A stretch of 38,352 nt of DNA from a virus: the IMG/VR virus record IMGVR_UViG_3300038701_001393, positions 1 through 38,352 of that record. One strand, 5' to 3'. Under the pieces are notes generated by a model. The model was not told the DNA's origin and did not search any database. It worked only from the letters and a program-made list of their open reading frames with translations. Positions 26,829 through 33,139 of the stretch are shown piece after piece. Position 1 is the first letter of the stretch. Each line of letters begins with the position of its first letter. Position numbers and translations under genes: made by a program.

Positions 26829-27031
26829 ATTTACTTACTCTCTGTTTATTTACGTTTCTTATAGGCATAACTACCCCGCTATTGTGATACCCCTAATAAA
26901 AATTACCTGCCTACCAGATCTATTTATTAGTTAGTCACAACTGCCACATTACACCGAGTATTCCAGACTCCTTTTATAGTGGGTCAGCACTGATACCTCT
27001 AGTTCATTTATAGCTTACAACTAGAATTAGC

Positions 27032-27277
27032 TTACTTAGGAGATTTACACTTAGTACCGCATGATTCACATATGATTTTACCGCCATGATTCACAACATA
27101 AGCCAAGAAAAGGTTTTCAAGAGATTTGAATTTATGACCACAAAGCAAGCACGTTTTGCTCGTTTTGATGCCATGCGAATCTCTTATTTCCAATACTTGG
27201 TTATAAGTCATGAAAGGCTTTGCGAATTTCGCCTCGTATGAGATTTTTCTCGCTGGTATTGTCCTAGTGAACCTCAT
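27032..27277 (-). CDS. Zinc-ribbon protein (81 aa from ATG 27277)
   Basis: CLLC ... CESC pairs. The track start at 27283 is TTG. Confidence 0.5.
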   Translation of the reverse strand: MRFTRTIPARKISYEAKFAKPFMTYNQVLEIRDSHGIKTSKTCLLCGHKFKSLENLFLAYVVNHGGKIICESCGTKCKSPK

Positions 27278-27320
27278 AAGCAACTCTATTTATCACGTTC
27301 AGTCTGTTTGCGACCGCCGA

Positions 27321-27698
27321 CTATGGCTCGGTTGGGTCGGGCTGGGGTTTCTTAGTAATTATGCCCCTCGGTTTGATTGCATTTTGACTCTGCTCAAGAG
27401 TGGCGCTTTCATAAAATGCACACCCCACCGATAAATAATCAACACTTTCTGGGCCTCCAGAATGACTATCTTTGGTGTTTTTTTCATTGTTACATTCCCA
27501 GTAATCCCATGTCTCTAAGCCCATACTGCCATGATCCTCATAACCTTTATCACGACAACCGTGCCTGCATGTTTTGCATGTTTTCATTTTTGGGTTTGTC
27601 CAATGACGACAAGTATCTTCGTGATTAAGACAGTCTTTTTTGCTCCAGAAGCCTTTTCCACAATCCGCTATATATCTTGTCGCTTTGCGTACTTTCAT
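27321..27698 (-). CDS. Cys/His-rich putative zinc-binding protein (125 aa)
   Basis: DCGKGFWSKKDCLNHEDTCRHW, CKTCRHGC and other Cys/His clusters. Confidence 0.55.
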   Translation of the reverse strand: MKVRKATRYIADCGKGFWSKKDCLNHEDTCRHWTNPKMKTCKTCRHGCRDKGYEDHGSMGLETWDYWECNNEKNTKDSHSGGPESVDYLSVGCAFYESATLEQSQNAIKPRGIITKKPQPDPTEP

Positions 27699-27764
27699 TA
27701 CTATTTGCCTGTTTATATTTAGGGTTATCGCTTAGTTGCGTTTTATGGTGTCAACTGTTTAGCA

Positions 27765-28226
27765 TCAAATGAACCGCTGTTTGATATTCTTGGCCTCATA
27801 TGACTTTCTCGCGCAACAAGCCTCAAAAAAGTCATAAAAACTGCCTAGATGAATAATCTTCCCGTTGATCCTCATTCTTGCCATATACAGCTTTGTCGTG
27901 CAGTGCCAATTGACACCCAACAAGCCGCTAGAGCTATTGCTATAAGGTCGTAGGTTTTGCATGTTTTCTTTATGAGTCACATCAACCAAATTTGATATTC
28001 GGTTGTCGTCCTTTATGCCATTTATATGATCAATCTCATGCTTTGGCATATGTCCGTGATTCATTAAGTAAACCAAACGGTGTTCGTAATAACGCTTTTT
28101 GTTAATCGTTAACTGCCTATACCCGTTGGCATCTCCGCCAGCCCTTTTGTCATTAGACTTCCGGTAAAGAGAACCCTCTTTCTGATAAAAAAGCTCATGG
28201 CAAATTTCATACAAACACATATTCAT
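27765..28226 (-). CDS. HNH homing endonuclease with an AP2-like DNA-binding domain
   Basis: 153 aa. GYRQLTINKKRYYEHRLVYLM..EIDHINGIKDDNRISNLVDVTHKENMQN is HNH_3-type. It is followed by GVNWHCTTKLYMARMRINGKIIHLGSFYDFFEACCARKSYE, which is AP2-type. Confidence 0.85.
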   Translation of the reverse strand: MNMCLYEICHELFYQKEGSLYRKSNDKRAGGDANGYRQLTINKKRYYEHRLVYLMNHGHMPKHEIDHINGIKDDNRISNLVDVTHKENMQNLRPYSNSSSGLLGVNWHCTTKLYMARMRINGKIIHLGSFYDFFEACCARKSYEAKNIKQRFI

Positions 28227-28244
28227 CTCTCTGATATAAGATCC

Positions 28245-28433
28245 CTGCTATGCAATACAGTTAGGAGAGTGTGCTAGGTTTACCAATTTTTAAGCAATTC
28301 CCAGTAGCGACGAGATGGTCTCATCAGGTGCTACCTTTGAGGCTTTCGAGCTAGTGAAACTCGGACGTTTTAGTTTAAGTCATCGCCTTAGATCACGACT
28401 ATCTAACACACTCTATTAACTGTACTGCTATGC
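28245..28433. mobile_element. MITE-like element: 18-bp terminal inverted repeats flanked by a perfect 9-bp direct repeat
   Basis: DR CTGCTATGC at 28245..28253 and 28425..28433. IR-L is TACAGTTAGGAGAGTGTG at 28256..28273. IR-R is CACACTCTATTAACTGTA at 28407..28424, and its reverse complement matches IR-L at 16/18 positions. There are 171 bp between the DRs and no ORF inside. Confidence 0.45.
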
Positions 28434-28566
28434 CGGATGAATCAGATATTGGAACTTTCGTTTTGATTTGGCATAATGTGTATGCCGGTTGGTAACGATT
28501 CTCTTTCAATCTGATCCGTAAAGTCCTGCAAGACTTCCGGCGTATTTCTATACTACTACACTTCTA

Positions 28567-28767
28567 TTACTTATCAAGCTCCTTTAAATACTTTTTAAAA
28601 CTCAACCCGTAGTTATTGCAGCTAGTACAGGTCTTTGTATAGACCACCACTTCATTTCTATGAAATCCTGTAACCTCGCAGGGGTCAGCTTCCCATACAG
28701 CTCCACACTTGCCGCACGTAGCCCTATATACCTCCGGTAACTTATTCCCCTCTTTAATTAGCCTCAT
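28567..28767 (-). CDS. Zinc-ribbon protein (66 aa)
   Basis: CGKC ... CTSC pairs, with a GAGAGGA SD. Confidence 0.55.
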   Translation of the reverse strand: MRLIKEGNKLPEVYRATCGKCGAVWEADPCEVTGFHRNEVVVYTKTCTSCNNYGLSFKKYLKELDK

Positions 28768-28769
28768 CT

Positions 28770-28928
28770 CTATATCCTCTCTACTTTAGGCACATCTGAA
28801 AACTTAATTAGAGTGCTGTTTTTATTGGTTCGATAGTTATTCGTGTGAATCCATATGACGCCATTATCGTCTTTCATTAGCGAGATCTTATGTGATCCGT
28901 TATCATTTTGTTTTATAACTCGTAGCAT
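28770..28928 (-). CDS. Hypothetical mini-protein (52 aa)
   Basis: Not in the track. It fills the 28768..28939 gap exactly. GAGAGAA SD. MLRVIKQNDNGSHKISLMKDDNGVIWIHTNNYRTNKNSTLIKFSDVPKVERI. Confidence 0.4.
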   Translation of the reverse strand: MLRVIKQNDNGSHKISLMKDDNGVIWIHTNNYRTNKNSTLIKFSDVPKVERI

Positions 28929-28939
28929 TGTTATTCTCT

Positions 28940-29131
28940 CTAAAGCTCGTTAATCAATGGCACCGTGATTCCAAGCATGCTGTTATCTTCAAACCAGAAC
29001 CCAAGAAAACCCTTCTTAACGCCTTTGTAAACATAAGGATAGTCCTTCCAATAAATATTACTAACAACATAGTAATTATTAGCGAATTTGATTAAGCCTT
29101 TAGGTTCTACTAATTTATTCCACCAATTCAT
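28940..29131 (-). CDS. Hypothetical aromatic-rich protein (63 aa)
   Basis: AGAGAGGATAACA SD before the ATG. No motif. Confidence 0.5.
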   Translation of the reverse strand: MNWWNKLVEPKGLIKFANNYYVVSNIYWKDYPYVYKGVKKGFLGFWFEDNSMLGITVPLINEL

Positions 29132-29195
29132 TGTTATCCTCTCTACTGTTATGTGTTAGTCGCTCATGGGGATATAAAGACCTCTGTCCACTCCG

Positions 29196-29420
29196 TTATT
29201 CATGATTACCCCTTAATTTATCTAAATATTCTTTTAATCGTGTAGTTCTAATTGTTTTATTTTTTCTGCATATTTTGTAAAGCTCATCGATAACACTTTT
29301 CTGATTTCTGAAATCTAATGCGTGCAAATAATCTGGATTAGCACCACACTGGATTCTTTTTAACTGATTCTTGAGGTCTATCCTTTCCTCATATTCCTTC
29401 TGTTGCTGCCACTTATCCAT
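29196..29420 (-). CDS. Hypothetical protein (74 aa from ATG 29420)
   Basis: ATG 29420 overlaps the upstream stop (ATGGATAA). The track start at 29429 is GTG. Confidence 0.5.
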   Translation of the reverse strand: MDKWQQQKEYEERIDLKNQLKRIQCGANPDYLHALDFRNQKSVIDELYKICRKNKTIRTTRLKEYLDKLRGNHE

Positions 29421-29655
29421 GGCATTCACGCAGTTTTTCTTTTAGTGACGCCATCAGACACTCAAGCTCTAAATCACATCTGTCGCCACATCGATAAGCC
29501 TCAACAAGACTGTGCCACTCACCATAAACCATAGGTAATACATCACACATATTGTCACTGTTAATATCATATAGATCATCCATCACTTTCTCTTCGATAG
29601 CTCGATCTATCTCTGCTTGTTCTTCATCTGTATATGTGGGGGATTCGTCTTGCAT
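29413..29655 (-). CDS. Strongly acidic promoter-proximal protein (80 aa)
   Basis: ATG 29655 with a GAGGAA SD. The track start at 29694 would lie over the -10 of promoter A. MQDESPTYTDEEQAEIDRAIEEKVMDDLYDINSDN... Confidence 0.55.
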   Translation of the reverse strand: MQDESPTYTDEEQAEIDRAIEEKVMDDLYDINSDNMCDVLPMVYGEWHSLVEAYRCGDRCDLELECLMASLKEKLRECHG

Positions 29656-29680
29656 ATCTATTTCCTCATTTGATGTGATT

Positions 29681-29710
29681 ATATTAACCCACACATGTAG
29701 GTTAGTGCAA
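29681..29710 (-). promoter_or_regulatory. Candidate promoter A (part of the duplicated cassette)
   Basis: Minus strand reads TTGCAC-18 nt-TAATAT. The same architecture is conserved in copy B. A terminator lies upstream, and a GAGGAA SD plus the ATG lie downstream. Confidence 0.45.
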
Positions 29711-29745
29711 GTGATTACACAATATATTTAATAATAGATAGGCAT

Positions 29746-29770
29746 AAAAAAGGGGCCTGTTATAGCCCCT
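29746..29770 (-). terminator. Rho-independent terminator A
   Basis: Minus RNA reads GGGGC(U)-AUAAC-(AG)GCCCC followed by UUUUUUAUGCC. It is a shorter, bulged stem. Confidence 0.55.
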
Positions 29771-29832
29771 TGCGTTCGTTACCCCGGTTAGCCCGATTAA
29801 GGAGAGTAACTATGCTCTTGGAATCATATATC

Positions 29833-29946
29833 CTACTTGATCCCACGACGCATACGGCATCGGTGGTCTGTGGATGTATGACTGTAATAATTGACGATAA
29901 GTGGCACGAGACCAAAAATCATTAATGCTATTGCGATATGTATCAT
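29833..29946 (-). CDS. TM mini-protein (37 aa)
   Basis: Not in the track. ATGA overlap with the upstream stop. MIHIAIALMIFGLVPLIVNYYSHTSTDHRCRMRRGIK. Confidence 0.35.
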   Translation of the reverse strand: MIHIAIALMIFGLVPLIVNYYSHTSTDHRCRMRRGIK

Positions 29947-30116
29947 GGCTCACAGCTAATAAGTATCGAGGTTAGTTGATAGATTTGAGTTTGAATACTT
30001 TCACATGTTGGATCTAATTTAGAGTAGATGCCAGCACCGATAAGCATCATTAATACAGCGAATACGGTTATTTTAAGATAACGCTTAATATGAAATAAGA
30101 GGCTTGTTTCACTCAT
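29943..30116 (-). CDS. TM mini-protein (57 aa)
   Basis: Not in the track. ATGA overlaps at both ends. MSETSLLFHIKRYLKITVFAVLMMLIGAGIYSKLDPTCESIQTQIYQLTSILISCEP. Confidence 0.4.
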   Translation of the reverse strand: MSETSLLFHIKRYLKITVFAVLMMLIGAGIYSKLDPTCESIQTQIYQLTSILISCEP

Positions 30117-30229
30117 GCTTTAATCCGATAGATATCTCGCCATGATCCACACTTAACGCAAATCACTACTTTATCTTTAATTACTTTCTTCTCATGTTGA
30201 CAGAATTTGCACTTTTCTTTGATTTCCAT
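30113..30229 (-). CDS. Zinc-ribbon mini-protein (38 aa)
   Basis: Not in the track. MEIKEKCKFCQHEKKVIKDKVVICVKCGSWRDIYRIKA (CKFC...CVKC). Its stop makes an ATGA overlap with the next ATG. It overlaps the last 49 nt of 30181..30402. Confidence 0.4.
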   Translation of the reverse strand: MEIKEKCKFCQHEKKVIKDKVVICVKCGSWRDIYRIKA

Positions 30230-30402
30230 TCTCGTATCTCGTATCTAGCGCCACCGTTAAAATGGGCATTTGTTTGTATAACCTCAACTTGATCATCTTC
30301 CCATCGTACCCAGCCACTATCTAGCTTTTCATCCCACATCACACCAGTGCGATTAAGCATCTTGTCATAGACTTCTTCAAGCCAAGGCATTTTGTTACTC
30401 AT
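30181..30402 (-). CDS. Hypothetical Trp-rich protein (73 aa)
   Basis: Track ORF whose start overlaps the upstream gene by 8 nt. Confidence 0.5.
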   Translation of the reverse strand: MSNKMPWLEEVYDKMLNRTGVMWDEKLDSGWVRWEDDQVEVIQTNAHFNGGARYEIREWKSKKSANSVNMRRK

Positions 30403-30640
30403 GTTTCTTTATATACCTGTATTCGTCTTCGTAGATCGTTTTAGGTACCGCCACTAGAACCCTTTCCCAACCAATAGCCGCAGCCATCTTTAACGGTGCG
30501 GGCATACTTCCAGCTCGTACAGCGTCAATCGTCATTTTGGGCTCACCTATCATTTGGGCAAACTCAGTGTCGCCAATACGATTCATTCGTAAAAAATGAT
30601 CATAATGAGCTAGAAATACGGATATCGGTTCTTGTGTCAT
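30395..30640 (-). CDS. Helix-turn-helix DNA-binding protein, putative (81 aa)
   Basis: DTEFAQMIGEPKMTIDAVRAGS reads as an XRE/Cro-type HTH. Confidence 0.5.
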   Translation of the reverse strand: MTQEPISVFLAHYDHFLRMNRIGDTEFAQMIGEPKMTIDAVRAGSMPAPLKMAAAIGWERVLVAVPKTIYEDEYRYIKKHE

Positions 30641-30752
30641 GCATATATTTTAACCCAAAACAGGGATGGCGTCCGCTGTCCCGGTATATATCAATGCCGC
30701 TAGAACTAGAAAGCATATAGCAAGCCCGGTTATATATTTTTTTAATTCGTTA

Positions 30753-30881
30753 TCATTGTTCATAAGGTTTCCTTAGCTTGCTAATTTTTCTTTTGAGCCA
30801 CCACAAATAAGCACTCAATACGCTTTGCATTGAAGACAAGAGTAAAGTGACTGTTAGAATCCAGATGAACCATTCTGGCAT
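30753..30881 (-). CDS. TM mini-protein (42 aa; 47 aa if TTG 30896 is used)
   Basis: MPEWFIWILTVTLLLSSMQSVLSAYLWWLKRKISKLRKPYEQ. This is the only protein-like part of the 129-aa track ORF. Confidence 0.3.
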   Translation of the reverse strand: MPEWFIWILTVTLLLSSMQSVLSAYLWWLKRKISKLRKPYEQ

Positions 30882-30912
30882 TGTGATTGTTATCAAAATT
30901 CGCCCTCTTTTA

Positions 30913-31029
30913 CTATCGACTAAGATGCTGTGACCAGCTGTGGCCACAATCTTTACATGTGTAAACTTTTTTTTGGCCTTGGATGTCCCATTCGTAATTT
31001 TTGTGGTCACATTTATTTTTAACACCCAT
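30913..31029 (-). CDS. Zinc-ribbon mini-protein (38 aa)
   Basis: Not in the track. MGVKNKCDHKNYEWDIQGQKKVYTCKDCGHSWSQHLSR (C-x-H ... CxxC). It is in a different frame from the 129-aa track ORF. Confidence 0.4.
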   Translation of the reverse strand: MGVKNKCDHKNYEWDIQGQKKVYTCKDCGHSWSQHLSR

Positions 31030-31159
31030 CGTGATGCACCCCCGCAGTTCCTGGACAATCCGTAGATAATCCAATTAATACATACATGCCAAACAGAATA
31101 CTGATGCTCAGTGTTACAGCTAACGGTATAGCTAGCGCCCATCGTTTAATTGTGTTCAT
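31019..31159 (-). CDS. TM/secreted mini-protein (46 aa)
   Basis: Not in the track. An AAGGGG SD lies 7 nt before ATG 31159. MNTIKRWALAIPLAVTLSISILFGMYVLIGLSTDCPGTAGVHHDGC. Confidence 0.35.
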   Translation of the reverse strand: MNTIKRWALAIPLAVTLSISILFGMYVLIGLSTDCPGTAGVHHDGC

Positions 31160-31308
31160 GTTCATACCCCTTAATATTTAGTGGACTAGCTTTATCATCA
31201 CTGAACACGCCTTTGTACCAAGTAACCCAGAACTCAAAGCCATTCATTAACACTTGGCCTTGGCCACAACCTTTATATTCTGAGTAGTTTTTAATTTCTC
31301 TTCCATCA

Positions 31309-31596
31309 TTAGTTTGCATCTTCAATCACCATTTCAACTAGTTCACGAATCTTAGGGCGTGAATAAAAATAAAAGTTATCTCTAAGCATCCCTATATCTT
31401 CATCGGTATGATCAAAAACCTGCCTTAACCCAGCCATACCATCTTCACTAAATGGGTTATACGCGTATAAACGCTCCTCCATTAAGTTGAAGTACTCACG
31501 ACACATAAGCTGCTTCTCCTCATGAGACCAAAACATGTACTCTTTAAAGGGCAGCTCGTTATCAATCATTAATGTTTTACATTGTTTGTAGTTCAT
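31309..31596 (-). CDS. Hypothetical promoter-proximal protein (95 aa)
   Basis: Strong GGAGG SD. It is the first gene after promoter B. Confidence 0.6.
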   Translation of the reverse strand: MNYKQCKTLMIDNELPFKEYMFWSHEEKQLMCREYFNLMEERLYAYNPFSEDGMAGLRQVFDHTDEDIGMLRDNFYFYSRPKIRELVEMVIEDAN

Positions 31597-31616
31597 AATT
31601 GCCTCCTGTTAAATAC

Positions 31617-31646
31617 AATATAGCCTACACATGCAGGTTAGTGCAA
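31617..31646 (-). promoter_or_regulatory. Candidate promoter B (part of the duplicated cassette)
   Basis: Minus strand reads TTGCAC-18 nt-TATATT, homologous to copy A. Confidence 0.45.
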
Positions 31647-31680
31647 GCCTTTACACAATATTTATAGAATCAATAGGTAT

Positions 31681-31703
31681 AAAAAAAGCCCCGTTATGGG
31701 GCT
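31681..31703 (-). terminator. Rho-independent terminator B
   Basis: Minus RNA reads AGCCCC-AUAAC-GGGGCU followed by UUUUUUAUAC. Confidence 0.7.
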
Positions 31704-31744
31704 AGTGCTTAGGGGTATCTAAGCTTAGGCAATCAAGTGTTTCT

Positions 31745-32089
31745 TCAAGCGGTTTGAGCAAGCTCTGGGCTAATGCCTTCTGTATCTTCCGTTCGCCCTT
31801 GGTCTTCTTCGTATTCAATACCTGAACATTGCATGATGGCATCGAAGTCTTTTCTATCTTCTTCTGTGAGCTTTTCTCGAAAGGATTCTGCCAATGATTT
31901 GACAGTTTGACGCTCCTCTTCTAATTTCTCTTCCATCTCTTTCTTAATCTGGCTAGCTAATGACATCTGCTCACCAAGCTTAGAGGCTTTCTCTCGCAAC
32001 TCTTGCGCTTCTTTTTCTGCTACATCGGCTTGAGCTAACAGGTCTTCAATCCTGCGCTCCATCTCTTCTAAACGTTCTAATGCTGACAT
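31745..32089 (-). CDS. Acidic coiled-coil protein (114 aa)
   Basis: MSALERLEEMERRIEDLLAQADVAEKEAQELREKASKLGEQ... No TM segment. Confidence 0.55.
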   Translation of the reverse strand: MSALERLEEMERRIEDLLAQADVAEKEAQELREKASKLGEQMSLASQIKKEMEEKLEEERQTVKSLAESFREKLTEEDRKDFDAIMQCSGIEYEEDQGRTEDTEGISPELAQTA

Positions 32090-32091
32090 GT

Positions 32092-32259
32092 TTATTTCTC
32101 CGCGATTAAAGTTTGTGAATTAGGTTCGTAATAATATTTAATAGGTTTAATTTCTGGTTCGACATGAGACACACAACCGAACGCCGAAATAATAAAAATC
32201 GTTAGGATGGTTCCCATGAGCATGTAAAAAAGCGCTTCTGCTATTTCTACCCATTTCAT
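32092..32259 (-). CDS. Small lipoprotein-like protein (55 aa); o-spanin-like candidate
   Basis: Not in the track. ATGA overlap with the holin stop. MKWVEIAEALFYMLMGTILTIFIISAFGCVSHVEPEIKPIKYYYEPNSQTLIAEK has a hydrophobic signal ending in AFG-C (imperfect lipobox) and a Pro-containing tail. Confidence 0.35.
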   Translation of the reverse strand: MKWVEIAEALFYMLMGTILTIFIISAFGCVSHVEPEIKPIKYYYEPNSQTLIAEK

Positions 32260-32759
32260 TTGATATTACCTCCGCGTGAACCAAACCACCAACCAACACA
32301 CATACTTGTAAGAGCCAATAGTTGATTAAGTACTAACAGAAGCATTTCTTTATGCTCCCAGGGTTCTAAAGCTGCGAATCCGTCTGTTTCTACCCATAAT
32401 CCAATAGCGAGAACGGTAGTCATAGTTAAAAGATAAAACGTGATGATAGGGCGAACCAACCGAAGAAAACCTTTAAGCTTCCCTAACGTTTGCTGAGAGA
32501 CTGTAAACGCTCCTACATCAGCCTTCTCTATCTCAATATCACCTTCAACCTGCGCACGCTCTATTTGCTTATCGGCTACCTCTAATTCGTGATGACGTTC
32601 GTTAGCGGCCTCTTCAATCTCCATCTGCTTGGCTGCAAGTTTATATTCATATTCATCTTTTAAAGCTTTGCGTTCTTCTCTTTTAGAAACCCATGAACCA
32701 ACAAAGCCAACCAGACCATTAAAGGCTGAACTGCCCAACGTGCTTACTAACCATTCCAT
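32256..32759 (-). CDS. Holin-like membrane protein (GTA_holin_3TM-like)
   Basis: 167 aa from ATG 32759 (TGATG coupling with the upstream stop). It has an N-terminal hydrophobic segment, a charged coiled coil, and then LRLVRPIITFYLLTMTTVLAIGLW and LLLVLNQLLALTSMCVGWWFGSR TM segments. Confidence 0.5.
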   Translation of the reverse strand: MEWLVSTLGSSAFNGLVGFVGSWVSKREERKALKDEYEYKLAAKQMEIEEAANERHHELEVADKQIERAQVEGDIEIEKADVGAFTVSQQTLGKLKGFLRLVRPIITFYLLTMTTVLAIGLWVETDGFAALEPWEHKEMLLLVLNQLLALTSMCVGWWFGSRGGNIK

Positions 32760-33139
32760 CAAATCACCCTCAACTTACCATTTAATTCTGTTTCATTTAT
32801 TTCAGATAGTGCACTTCTAGAGTTTAGCACCGCCCTATGTCCTGCAAGGCTTCCCACGCGCTTACCAGGCAAAATACAGCCTCTTGTGTTCGCTACCGTA
32901 TTACCTGTGTGTATCAGGATCTCAGAGCGGCCAGGGACGTTTAATATATGGTAGCAGTTACGATATCTGCCACTAGACGATTTCGGCATAAAAACAAAGT
33001 CATACTCACCTGGGGGAATGCAACTTATATTCCGTTTGTTGTCTTTCCACGGCGGTTCCATCGTGTAAAACGTACCGCTACCCGTGAATAACGCACCTAA
33101 AGTGTATTTATCTGTTTTAAGGTAGCGAAACAAAATCAT
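32759..33139 (-). CDS. DUF5675-like small enzyme with a YkuD-like H...T-x-G-C-I motif; endolysin candidate
   Basis: 126 aa. TLGALF..TMEPPWKDNKRNISCIPPGEYDF.., then VPGRSEILIHTGNTVANTRGCILPG. It lies directly upstream of the holin-like gene, with ATGA coupling to the gene above it. Confidence 0.5.
   Translation of the reverse strand: MILFRYLKTDKYTLGALFTGSGTFYTMEPPWKDNKRNISCIPPGEYDFVFMPKSSSGRYRNCYHILNVPGRSEILIHTGNTVANTRGCILPGKRVGSLAGHRAVLNSRSALSEINETELNGKLRVI

Noticed and set aside
28320-28327. CUGAUGAG (hammerhead-ribozyme core octamer) on the minus strand within the non-coding region upstream of the HNH gene.
   Set aside because: The downstream sequence lacks the stem II closure followed by GAAA, and there is no GUC-type cleavage site in register. 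A single 8-mer is expected by chance about once in a genome of this size counting both strands.
27699-28566. Group I intron hypothesis: a structured non-coding RNA plus an HNH ORF, as in phage self-splicing introns.
   Set aside because: The flanking ORFs (the 66-aa zinc ribbon and the 125-aa Cys/His protein) each have their own start, stop and SD and do not look like halves of one gene. I could not find P/Q/R/S-like conserved elements in the right order. A free-standing HNH gene plus a MITE-like insert explains the region better.
30753-31142. 129-aa ORF from the track treated as a single gene.
   Set aside because: The N-terminal two thirds have an implausible composition (MGASYTVSCNTEHQYSVWHVCINW...). 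Two other frames over the same DNA give an SD-preceded TM peptide and a CxxC zinc ribbon. Only the last 42 codons look like a real (TM) protein.
29681-31703. The duplicated intergenic cassette considered as a CRISPR-like or iteron array.
   Set aside because: There are only two copies, about 1.9 kb apart and separated by genes. Each is clearly a hairpin terminator plus promoter. There is no regular repeat-spacer periodicity.
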